52,101 bases of DNA from the NCBI GenBank assembly GCA_052040085.1, contig JBQGFJ010000293.1, forward strand, positions 1-52,101. The letters run 5' to 3'. Position numbers and translations under genes: made by a program. Shown here piece by piece: positions 1 through 8,585 of the stretch (within the stretch, counting starts at the first letter, position 1; the number at the start of each line of letters is the position of its first letter). This DNA is from Pseudoxanthomonas sp. (GTDB lineage: Bacteria > Pseudomonadota > Gammaproteobacteria > Xanthomonadales > Xanthomonadaceae). The notes under the pieces are model-generated. The model was not told the origin of the DNA, ran no database searches, and saw nothing but the letters and a program-made list of their open reading frames with translations.

Positions 1-84
1 GCACCCCGCCAGCCAGCCGGCAAGGGCGAGGATCAGTCCGGCGCGAAGGGCGCGCGCGGGCGAATGGTCAACGGGCAATCTCAT
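1..84 (-). CDS. 5' end of a lipoprotein gene (SPOR/RlpA-like by context), runs off the window edge
   Basis: Manual translation from ATG at 84 gives MRLPVDHSPARALRAGLILALAGWLAGC, a signal peptide ending in lipobox LAGC. It overlaps the stop of the upstream transglycosylase-like tail. Confidence 0.55.
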   Translation of the reverse strand, partial: MRLPVDHSPARALRAGLILALAGWLAGC

Positions 85-478
85 CTGCAAGCAACCCCAC
101 ACTCATCGCGTAGTAGTTCGAGCAGTTGTATTCGAGGATAACCCGATAATTCTGCGTTAAGAGGTATGCGGGCGCGGCCGGGCCATCCGGTTCGAACAGG
201 ATGGCGACCTTGTCGCCGCGCGTGGCGAGCTGTCGGTCAAGGCAGTTGACGCTGGCATTCAATTCGCCATCGCCGAACCAGCGAATGCGGAAATCTTCAA
301 GGTCGTAGCTGACGTCCTTGATCTGGGTGGGTGCCTTGAACCATTCCAGGCGGCCGGCGGCCTTGCCCCAGAACGCATCGGGATTCTCGATCGACTCGCG
401 GTACGTGCGCAGGTACTCGTCGCGATCAATGCGTGCATGTGCGGCGAATTCCGGCTTCACGGGGTAAAGATCTGTCAT
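68..478 (-). pseudogene. acs: Chimeric ORF: acetyl-CoA synthetase N-terminus (~100 aa) fused to the C-terminus of a lytic murein transglycosylase
   Basis: MTDLYPV...PDAFWG...LEW...IRWFGDGELNASVNCLDRQL is the Acs N-terminus. After LFEPDGP it switches to AYLLTQNYRVILEYNCSNYYAMSVGLLADEI, an MltB/SLT_2-type C-terminal motif. RBS AGGGAGGG precedes ATG 478. Confidence 0.85.
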
Positions 479-575
479 GTGGCCCTCCCTACAGAGTCGA
501 TGGTCGACAAGCGATGTGGTTGACGTTGGAGACGCAGTTTGCCGCATTCCTGCGTGCGGCATTGCAACATTGCGC

Positions 576-591
576 TTAGACCATCGTCTTA
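576..591. promoter_or_regulatory. Putative CrbR/ErdR-type operator, TTAGAC-N4-GTCTTA
   Basis: Imperfect palindrome with a GAC-N4-GTC core between the divergent acs and porin/MFS genes. Confidence 0.45.
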
Positions 592-719
592 AAACCCCTG
601 TTTACAGGGCAATGGTGCGGCGCAGCTTCGACCAATGGTGAATATGCGATGGCGGACAGGCGCGCGCAGTCTGCCTGCGCCGCCCATCAAAGGTTGCGGC
701 GTCGACGTTCGGAGGAAAC

Positions 720-2069
720 ATGACATCACGTACTGCACCGGCACAGCGCAAGCCGCTGGCGATGGCCCTGTTGGTTGCATTGGTCGCGCCGGGCATGGCG
801 TTTGCACAGACCGCGAAGGAAAAGGAGCTGGAGGCACGCATCGCCCAACTCGAGCAACAAGTGCAGTCGCTGCTCTCGTTGCAGCAACAGCAGCAGACCC
901 AGATCGCCGAAGTCCAGGAAGTGCAGGCGAAGACGCCGCCTCCGCCGGTAATCCCCGCGGGCAAGCAGCCCATCCAGGTCACCAGCATCACGCCGGCCGC
1001 ATTGCCCGGCACCACGTTCAAGGTGGGCGGTTTCATCAAGACCGACTTCATGCTCACCCGTACCGGCGATGGCCAATTGGCCGACAGCGCCGTGGGACGC
1101 GCGCTCTACGTCCCCAGCCAGACGCCGATTGGCGGCAGCGCATCGGGCACGGACTTCGATGCGCACGCCAAGTTCTCGCGCATCGGCTTCGGCGTGGACA
1201 GCGTGACCGACAGCGGCAAGAAGCTGGGCGCGTTGGTGGAGATGGATTTCTTCGGTAACAGCCTGGGCAACCAGAACGCCACCAACACCTATGGCGTGAC
1301 CATGCGCCATGCCTACATGTACTGGGACAAGTGGCTGGCCGGCCAGACCTGGTCCAATTTCATGGACTTGTCCGCATTGCCGGAAGCCGCCGACTTCATC
1401 GGCCCCACCGATGGCGTGGTCTTCGTCCGCCAGGCACAGATCCGCTACACCAACGGCGCGTTCACCGCTGCATTGGAAAACCCGGAAACCACGTTGTACA
1501 ACACCACCGCATCCGACCGCGGCGCCCTGCCCGACCTGACCTTGCGTTATGGCTGGAAGGGCGACTGGGGCACCTTCGGCATCGCGGGCCTGGTGCGCAG
1601 CCTGACCGTGGACCGTCCGGGTTACGACGACAGCACCTTCGGTGGCGGCGTCAGCGTGGGTGGCCGCTGGGTGATGGGCAGCAACGATACGCTGCAGTAC
1701 CAGTTGACCGCTGGCGAAGGCATTGGCCGCTACATCGGCCTGGGCATCCAGAGCGATGCGGTACTGGATGGCAGCAACGGCAACATCGACAGCATCGGCG
1801 TGGTTGCCGGCTACGTGGGCTGGCGCCATGCCTTCAGTCCGAAGCTGCGTTCCAACCTGATCTTCGCGCGCAGCGACTACAGCAACGATGTCGCACTGAC
1901 CGGCCTGGGTGCCACCAGCAGCGTGCAGAGCCTGCGTGCCAACCTGTTCTATTCGCCACTGCCCAAGGTCGATATCGGTGGCGAGGTAATGTACGGCAAG
2001 CGTGAAATCGAGAGTGGCGCCAGTGGTGACATCACCCGGCTCCAGTTCAGCACCAAATACAGCTTCTGA
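720..2069 (+). CDS. DcaP-family trimeric outer membrane porin
   Basis: Signal peptide, coiled coil, beta-barrel motifs (MRHAY, LAGQTWSNF, VRQAQIRY), C-terminal Phe, RBS GGAGG. Confidence 0.85.
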   Translation: MTSRTAPAQRKPLAMALLVALVAPGMAFAQTAKEKELEARIAQLEQQVQSLLSLQQQQQTQIAEVQEVQAKTPPPPVIPAGKQPIQVTSITPAALPGTTFKVGGFIKTDFMLTRTGDGQLADSAVGRALYVPSQTPIGGSASGTDFDAHAKFSRIGFGVDSVTDSGKKLGALVEMDFFGNSLGNQNATNTYGVTMRHAYMYWDKWLAGQTWSNFMDLSALPEAADFIGPTDGVVFVRQAQIRYTNGAFTAALENPETTLYNTTASDRGALPDLTLRYGWKGDWGTFGIAGLVRSLTVDRPGYDDSTFGGGVSVGGRWVMGSNDTLQYQLTAGEGIGRYIGLGIQSDAVLDGSNGNIDSIGVVAGYVGWRHAFSPKLRSNLIFARSDYSNDVALTGLGATSSVQSLRANLFYSPLPKVDIGGEVMYGKREIESGASGDITRLQFSTKYSF

Positions 2070-2083
2070 GGAGGGGAGTCCAC

Positions 2084-3748
2084 ATGAGCACTACCGCTGC
2101 ACCACAGCACGCGCCGCAAGGCGAACTCACCAAGGGCCACAAGAAGGTCATCTTCGCGTCCAGTCTGGGCACGGTCTTCGAGTGGTACGACTTTTATCTG
2201 TACGGTTCATTGGCGGTGATCATCGCCAAGCAGTTCTTCAGCGGCGTCAACGAAACCACCGGCATGATCTTCGCGCTGCTGGCATTCGCCGCTGGTTTCT
2301 TCGTGCGTCCGTTCGGCGCGGCCTTCTTCGGCAGCCTGGGTGACCGCATCGGACGCAAGTACACGTTCCTGGTCACCATCCTGATCATGGGCATCTCGAC
2401 CTTCCTGGTCGGCGTGCTGCCCAACTATGCCTCGATAGGTTTCGCCGCACCGGTGATCCTGATCGTGCTGCGTTTGGCACAAGGCCTGGCAATGGGCGGT
2501 GAGTACGGCGGCGCGGCTACCTACGTGGCGGAACACGCGCCGGATGGCAAACGCGGCTTGTACACCAGCTTCATCCAGACCACTGCAACACTGGGCCTGT
2601 TCCTGTCACTGGCGGTGATCCTCACCTGCCGCCTGACGCTGGGCAACGAAGCCTTCGAAGCCTGGGGCTGGCGCATTCCGTTCCTGGGCTCCATCGTGCT
2701 GCTGGGCATTTCGGTGTGGATTCGCTTGCAACTGAGCGAATCGCCGCTGTTCCAGCAGATGAAGGCCGATGGCAAGGGCTCCAAGCAGCCGTTCCGTGAC
2801 TCGCTCAAGGGCGGCAACCTGAAGCTGATGCTGCTGGTCCTGTTCGGCGCCACCGCCGGCCAGGCCGTGGTCTGGTACGCCGGTCAGTTCTACGCCCTGT
2901 TCTACCTGCAAAGCGTGCTGAAGGTGGATCCCACCTGGTCCTACCTGCTGATCGCGGCGGCCTTGTTGCTGGCCACGCCGTTCTTCCTGTTCTTCGGCTG
3001 GCTGTCGGACAAGATCGGGCGCAAGAAGATCATCATGGCCGGCTGCTTGCTGGCGGCAGTGACCTACTTCCCGATCTTCAAGGGCATCACCCACTTCGCC
3101 AACCCGGCGGTGGAAGAGGCCAGCCGCAACTCACCGGCCGTGGTGGTCGCTGATCCGGCCACGTGCAGCTTCCAGTTCGATCCGGTGAACATCCGCAAGT
3201 TCACCAGTTCCTGCGACGTCGCCACCGCCGCACTGACCCGCGCTGGCGTACCCTACAGCGTGGAGTCTGCTCCGCCGGGCTCCCTGGCCGTGGTGCGGGT
3301 TGGACAGGGACAGGTCACCTCGTATGAGGCCGAAGGTCTGGCAGGGGAAGCACTGGCGACGCAACGCACGGCGTTCGGTGGCGAGTTGAAGACGGCATTG
3401 ACCGCGGCAGGTTATCCGGAGAAGGCCGATACCAGCCGCATCAATGTCCCGATGACGATCCTGCTGCTGTGGATCCTGGTCCTGTACGTGACCATGGTGT
3501 ACGGCCCGATCGCTGCTTACCTGGTGGAGCTATTCCCCACCCGCATCCGCTACACCTCCATGTCGCTGCCGTACCACATCGGTAATGGCTGGTTCGGCGG
3601 CTTCTTGCCGGCGATCTCCTTTGCCCTGGTGGCGGGTACCGGCAACCTGTACTTCGGCTTGTGGTATCCGATCGGCATCGCGCTGATGACCCTGGTCATC
3701 GGCACGTTCTTCCTGAAGGAAACGAGGAACGTCGACATCACCAAGTAA
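2084..3748 (+). CDS. MFS metabolite:H+ symporter (MHS family)
   Basis: GTVFEWYDF, GDRIGRK, RLAQGLAMGGEYGGA, ELFPTRIRY motifs. Confidence 0.9.
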   Translation: MSTTAAPQHAPQGELTKGHKKVIFASSLGTVFEWYDFYLYGSLAVIIAKQFFSGVNETTGMIFALLAFAAGFFVRPFGAAFFGSLGDRIGRKYTFLVTILIMGISTFLVGVLPNYASIGFAAPVILIVLRLAQGLAMGGEYGGAATYVAEHAPDGKRGLYTSFIQTTATLGLFLSLAVILTCRLTLGNEAFEAWGWRIPFLGSIVLLGISVWIRLQLSESPLFQQMKADGKGSKQPFRDSLKGGNLKLMLLVLFGATAGQAVVWYAGQFYALFYLQSVLKVDPTWSYLLIAAALLLATPFFLFFGWLSDKIGRKKIIMAGCLLAAVTYFPIFKGITHFANPAVEEASRNSPAVVVADPATCSFQFDPVNIRKFTSSCDVATAALTRAGVPYSVESAPPGSLAVVRVGQGQVTSYEAEGLAGEALATQRTAFGGELKTALTAAGYPEKADTSRINVPMTILLLWILVLYVTMVYGPIAAYLVELFPTRIRYTSMSLPYHIGNGWFGGFLPAISFALVAGTGNLYFGLWYPIGIALMTLVIGTFFLKETRNVDITK

Positions 3749-3789
3749 ACAGAGGTCCCCTGCCGGGCGTGATGCCCGGCTTTCCCCGG

Positions 3790-3820
3790 CGCCGGCCCCC
3801 TCACAGGGGCCGGCGTTTTT
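3790..3820 (+). terminator. Intrinsic terminator
   Basis: CGCCGGCCCC-N6-GGGGCCGGCG followed by TTTTT, just after the MFS gene. Confidence 0.85.
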
Positions 3821-3942
3821 ATTGACGGGTTCGTCTGCAGGAGTGGACGCCGCCCGCGCTGGACTTCCTCGTGAGCATCATCGTGGCCAGGGCCGCTCCT
3901 GAAGGAATCAAAGCGAGCGTAGTTCCGCAGGGCTTGCATTGC

Positions 3943-4057
3943 GTCATTCCCGCGAAAACGGGAGTCGCTTTTCAACGGACGCATGTCCGGTCATCCCGCA
4001 TCTTTGCTGTTGGCATCGAAGGCCGAGGCACTGGATTCCCGCCTTCGCGGGAATGAC
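3943..4057. repeat. Inverted REP pair of GTCATTCCCGCGAAGGCGGGAATCC type
   Basis: GTCATTCCCGCGAAAACGGGAGTC at 3943 and its inverted copy GGATTCCCGCCTTCGCGGGAATGAC ending at 4057. Confidence 0.8.
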
Positions 4058-4087
4058 AAAGGTGTAAATACGTGTGCCGAAATTACT

Positions 4088-4462
4088 CTAGCGCGGCGGA
4101 GCAGCCAGTTCACGCGCGTTGAGATAACCGTCGCCGTCGGCATCCTGCTTGTGGAAGCGCTGGGTCAATTGTTCGCGATGTTGTTCGCGGGTCAGCGGCT
4201 TGCCCTTGCCGCCCGGCAGCTCATCGGTGGTCAGCACGCCATCACCATTGCGATCCATGCGGTCGAAGGCATACCCCATCCATGCCAGATATTCGTCCAG
4301 GCTGACGCGTCCATCGCCATCGGTGTCCATGCGCTTGAGGTAGTCACCGGTAGCGGCGACCTGCGCGCCGGCAATCCCTGCACACAACAACAGCACAGGC
4401 ATCAGCAAACCCCGCCATGCGCGGCGGGGTATGGCGAATCCTGTTGAGTGCATGTCCGGCAT
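4088..4462 (-). CDS. Secreted EF-hand domain protein
   Basis: Signal peptide and three DxDGDG-type loops (DTDGDGRVS, DRNGDGVLT, DADGDGYLN). TGATG overlap with the desaturase stop; start could be 4453. Confidence 0.8.
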   Translation of the reverse strand: MPDMHSTGFAIPRRAWRGLLMPVLLLCAGIAGAQVAATGDYLKRMDTDGDGRVSLDEYLAWMGYAFDRMDRNGDGVLTTDELPGGKGKPLTREQHREQLTQRFHKQDADGDGYLNARELAAPPR

Positions 4463-5661
4463 CAATGCGCCAGGGCGTAGCCCTTGAGTCGCGCCGAATA
4501 CTCCTGCAGCACGCGGATGCCACTGGCTTCCGCCTCATGGCACCAGGCCTGCAATTGCTTCAGGCGCTCATTGGCATCATGGCTGCGTGCTTCCAGCAAT
4601 GCCGAAAGACGGCGGCGGTATTCCACCAGCGTGCCGATATGCGGGCGTTGCGAGACCCAGCTCTGCAACTGTTCACGCGCTTCCGGCTTGAGCCAGCGGC
4701 CATCGTCCACCAGACCCTTGCGCAACTTGCGTGGCAGCAATGCGCGCAACTTGGCTCCGGCCTGTGCGGCTTCTTCCTTCAATGCCGGCTTCAGCACGTT
4801 GCGCTGGTAGTCGGTCATTGCCTGGAAGCGATGCGAGAGCAGTGCCTTCAGAGTGTCGCCATCCGGCACCGAGATGTTCGGACGGATGTCCAGCGTGGGG
4901 GCCACCCGCAGCACCTTGGCCAAGCGCAGTTTTTCCAGGCCCTTGATGGCTACCCAGCCAATATCGAACTCCCAGCGCCGCATGGAAAAGCGTGCCGAAC
5001 TGGGGAACGCATGGTGGTTGTTGTGCAGTTCCTCGCCACCAATCCACAGGCCCCAGGGCGTCAGGTTGGTGGCCTTGTCGGTGGTTTCAAAGTTGCGGTA
5101 GCCCCACCAGTGGCCGAGGCCGTTGACCACACCGGCCGCCCAGAACGGGATCCATGCCATCTGGATCGCCCAGATCGCAATGCCGGGAATACCGAACAGC
5201 GCGAAGTTGATGAACAGCATCAACGTCGGTCCGAAGGAAGCGAACGGGGTGTACAGGCGACGTTCGATCCAGTCGTCCGGTGCACCCTTGCCGTATTGCT
5301 CGATGGACGCACGGTCGCGGCGTGCTTCGCGGTACAGCTCCAGTCCGCGCCAGAACACCGTGCCGATGCCGCGCGTTTGCGGGCTGTGCGGATCCTCTTC
5401 GGTTTCCACCTTCGCATGGTGCTTGCGATGGATGGCCACCCACTCACGGGTGATCATGGACGTGGTCAGCCAAGTCCAGAAACGGAAGGCATGGTTGAGC
5501 ACCGGATGGAAATCCACGCCGCGGTGCGCCTGGCTGCGGTGCAGGTACAGGGTCACGCAGAAGATGGTGAGCTGGGTGAACACCAGCAACGCCAGCAGCA
5601 TCCCCACCCAGCCGAAGCCCAGCAGGCCGCCAGTGAGGAAATCGAGCAAGGATTGGGACAT
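4462..5661 (-). CDS. desA: DesA-family (delta-9) fatty acid desaturase
   Basis: His boxes HRSQAH, HRKHH and HNNHH, plus transmembrane segments. Confidence 0.85.
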   Translation of the reverse strand: MSQSLLDFLTGGLLGFGWVGMLLALLVFTQLTIFCVTLYLHRSQAHRGVDFHPVLNHAFRFWTWLTTSMITREWVAIHRKHHAKVETEEDPHSPQTRGIGTVFWRGLELYREARRDRASIEQYGKGAPDDWIERRLYTPFASFGPTLMLFINFALFGIPGIAIWAIQMAWIPFWAAGVVNGLGHWWGYRNFETTDKATNLTPWGLWIGGEELHNNHHAFPSSARFSMRRWEFDIGWVAIKGLEKLRLAKVLRVAPTLDIRPNISVPDGDTLKALLSHRFQAMTDYQRNVLKPALKEEAAQAGAKLRALLPRKLRKGLVDDGRWLKPEAREQLQSWVSQRPHIGTLVEYRRRLSALLEARSHDANERLKQLQAWCHEAEASGIRVLQEYSARLKGYALAH

Positions 5662-5795
5662 CAGGCACTCCGGAACGGGCGGGGCGGCGGTGATCCCGCC
5701 AATCGAGGGGTGAATAATGCGGCCTGTGCCGTCAAACTTCACCCATCGCCGGCGTATGGCGTTCATCCTCCGGCCATTCCCTGTTCTGGTTCCCC

Positions 5796-6641
5796 ATGCC
5801 TTCCCACCCCCCGGAAACCCCGCCGCACATCGCTTTGCCCTTGATCCAACTGGACCGCGCGACCGTGGTCCGCAGCGGCATCCTGGCGCTGGACAACCTG
5901 AGCCTGTCGATCGAACCGGGCCGGCATACCGCTTTGCTGGGCCCCAATGGCTGCGGCAAGTCCAGCTTCATCAAACTGATCAACCGCGAACTGCATCCGT
6001 TGGCCCGTGAAGGCGAATCGCCCATCCGCCTGTTGGGACAAACCCGCTGGAACACGATGGAACTGCGCCGCCATCTGGGCGTGGTAACCAACGACCTCGC
6101 GCGCGACCTGCAGGAAATGCATGGCCTCACCGCCATCGACGCCGTACTGACCGGCTTCTTCGCTTCGCTAGTCATCCCGCCGGACCACGAAGTGACGTCA
6201 CCGATGATTACGCAGGCGAAAGCGGCACTGGAACGCGTGGACGCCAGCGCACTTGCCGGACGTCCGTTGATGGAACTCTCCACCGGCGAAGCCCGCCGCG
6301 TATTGATTGCGCGCGCACTGGTGCATGGGCCGCAAGCCCTGCTGCTGGACGAACCCACCACCGGACTGGACCCGGTCGCTCAATCGCAGCTGATTTCGTT
6401 GATGCGCGAACTGGCAAACCAAGGCGTGACCCTGGTGCTGGTCACCCATCACATCGAGGAAATCATTCCGGAAATCCGCCGCGTGATCCTGCTGCGCTCG
6501 GGCCAGGTCTTCATGGACGGCACACCGGAGCACACCCTGACCTCGGAAAACCTGTCACATACCTATGGCGGGCACATGAAGGTGGAGCGCCACGGCCAGC
6601 GCTACGTTGCCCATGCAGAACCACCTCGGACCAAGTCCTGA
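5796..6641 (+). CDS. ABC ATP-binding protein (ModF/YlmA-like)
   Basis: Walker A GPNGCGKS, signature LSTGE, Walker B LLLDEPT, VTHH switch. Confidence 0.85.
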   Translation: MPSHPPETPPHIALPLIQLDRATVVRSGILALDNLSLSIEPGRHTALLGPNGCGKSSFIKLINRELHPLAREGESPIRLLGQTRWNTMELRRHLGVVTNDLARDLQEMHGLTAIDAVLTGFFASLVIPPDHEVTSPMITQAKAALERVDASALAGRPLMELSTGEARRVLIARALVHGPQALLLDEPTTGLDPVAQSQLISLMRELANQGVTLVLVTHHIEEIIPEIRRVILLRSGQVFMDGTPEHTLTSENLSHTYGGHMKVERHGQRYVAHAEPPRTKS

Positions 6642-6679
6642 CCGAGCCAGCAACACACGCATGATGCCGGGGCCCGCAA

Positions 6680-8005
6680 TCACTCTTCGCCGAGCAAGCG
6701 CTGGCTGTCGTCGTCGGTAAGCGATTCCACGCCTCGCAGCTTGCGTTCGATGGCACGTGTACGCACGCCGGTCTTCTCGATCTCGCCGCTGGCCTGGTCC
6801 AGCTTGCGCTTCACCGACTCCAGCACGTCGGCGAACTTGCCGAACTCGGTCTTCACTGCACCCAGGGTCTGCCAGACTTCGGCGGAGCGTTTCTCGATGG
6901 CCACGGTGCGGAAACCGACCTGCAGGCTGGTCAACAAGGCGAGCAGGGTAGTAGGACCGGCGATGGTAACGCGCAGGTCGCGCTGCATGGCCTCGAACAG
7001 GCCGGGACGCCGCAACACTTCCGCGTACAAGCCTTCGGTGGGCAGGAACATCACCGCGAATTCGGTGGTGTGCGGCGCTGACACGTATTTGTCGCGGATG
7101 ATCTGCGCCTGTTTGCGCACCGCGCGCTCCAAGGCATCGCCCGCCGCGCGCGCGGCATCGGCATCGGCCTTTTCCTGCGCATCCAGCAGGCGCTCGTAAT
7201 CCTCGCGCGGGAACTTGGCATCCACCGGCAGCCACACCACGGCGTCGCCTGACGAACCGGGGAAACGCACCGCGAACTCCACCCGCTCGTTGCTGCCCGG
7301 CACGGTGGCCACGTTGGCAGCGTACTGGTCCGGTGCGAACACCTGTTCCAACAGGCCGGCCAACTGCACTTCGCCGAATACCCCGCGCGACTTCACGTTG
7401 GTCAACACGCGTTGCAGGCCGCCCACGTCCGCGGCCAATCGGGTCATGTCACCCAAGCCCTGGTGGACTTGCGCCAGCATGGCAGTGACGTTGCCGAAGC
7501 TTTCGGTCAATCGCGTTTCCAGCGTGGCGTGCAATTTCTCGTCCACGGTGGCGCGCATCTGCTCCAGCTTCTGCGCGTTGTCGGCCTGCAATTCCTTCAG
7601 CCGCGCCTCCAGTGTCACCCGCATCTCGGCGATGACCTGCGCGTTGCGCTGGCTCAGGTCACGCAACTGGGCGGTCAAGGTGTCGGCGAATTGCTGCTGG
7701 CGAACGGCCTGGTCGGTACGCGACTTGTGCGCATCCTCGGTCAGGGCATCGCGCAAGGCATCCAGCCGCTGGTCGGTGCGCACGGTCAGGTCGGCAAGAT
7801 TGCGTCCGAAACCCTCGATGCGGGTTTCCTGCAATTGCGACAGGCTGTCCAACTGCTGGCGCAACTCGCCACGGCCGCCACGCTGTTCTTCGCGCAAGGC
7901 CTGCTCCAACCGCGTATCCGGGCGGCGCAGGACCAGCACCAGCAGCAACACCACGGTGACGGCCGCCAGCACGACCAGGATCAACAACAGGGATGAGGTT
8001 TCCAT
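6680..8005 (-). CDS. rmuC: DNA recombination protein RmuC
   Basis: N-terminal TM, coiled coil, RGVFGEVQL, PVDAKFP, MFLPTEGLY. Confidence 0.92.
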   Translation of the reverse strand: METSSLLLILVVLAAVTVVLLLVLVLRRPDTRLEQALREEQRGGRGELRQQLDSLSQLQETRIEGFGRNLADLTVRTDQRLDALRDALTEDAHKSRTDQAVRQQQFADTLTAQLRDLSQRNAQVIAEMRVTLEARLKELQADNAQKLEQMRATVDEKLHATLETRLTESFGNVTAMLAQVHQGLGDMTRLAADVGGLQRVLTNVKSRGVFGEVQLAGLLEQVFAPDQYAANVATVPGSNERVEFAVRFPGSSGDAVVWLPVDAKFPREDYERLLDAQEKADADAARAAGDALERAVRKQAQIIRDKYVSAPHTTEFAVMFLPTEGLYAEVLRRPGLFEAMQRDLRVTIAGPTTLLALLTSLQVGFRTVAIEKRSAEVWQTLGAVKTEFGKFADVLESVKRKLDQASGEIEKTGVRTRAIERKLRGVESLTDDDSQRLLGEE

Positions 8006-8043
8006 GCCCGCCAGTGTAGCGGGCCGCGTCTCATCGATCGCGA

Positions 8044-8358
8044 TCAGCGGCAATACACTTGGGTGATCACATTGTTGGCGTCGATGTGCACATTGAGCCG
8101 GTCAGCCCGCACGTCGCGGGGGACCGCCTGGCCGGGCGCAATCGGCCGCACAAGGCCAGCGCCACTTTCGCGCCAGACCCGGGCCATGACCTCCTGCTCC
8201 GCAGGCTGCCCCACCGCCCAGGCCACCACCTCCGCGTGGCAGGTCCCTTCCGGCACCGGGCGGGCGTTCGGATCCTCGGGCGGCATCAAGGCACATGCCG
8301 ACAAGGCCAGCACTGCCAACAACGGTACGGTGTTCTTGAAGAAGGGGATGGAAACCAT
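8044..8358 (-). CDS. I78-family peptidase inhibitor-like lipoprotein
   Basis: Lipobox LSAC, then C...VGQ...RPIAPGQAVPRDVRADRLNV...C. Confidence 0.75.
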   Translation of the reverse strand: MVSIPFFKNTVPLLAVLALSACALMPPEDPNARPVPEGTCHAEVVAWAVGQPAEQEVMARVWRESGAGLVRPIAPGQAVPRDVRADRLNVHIDANNVITQVYCR

Positions 8359-8539
8359 GGCGTGCCTGTCCGTGGAAGCGGGGCGTGGAAGCAGGCGCCA
8401 GCATAACCCGCTTCACGCATTCTTCCCCATGCACATGTGTCCCGTCCATACAGCACGTCAAAACGGACTCGGGCGCGCAGCGCACGAAACGCTTTTCGCG
8501 CGATGCCGTCCGCATGCGGCTCCTGCTGAAACTCCATGA

Positions 8540-8569
8540 CCCCGGGTGCGCTTCGCTTTCCCGGACTAC
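8540..8569 (-). repeat. GTAG-type REP (single, slightly degenerate)
   Basis: Minus strand reads GTAGTCCGGGAAAGCGAAGCGCACCCGGGG, a GTAG head followed by an imperfect hairpin. Confidence 0.55.
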
Positions 8570-8585
8570 ATTTTGCGGTGTACCT

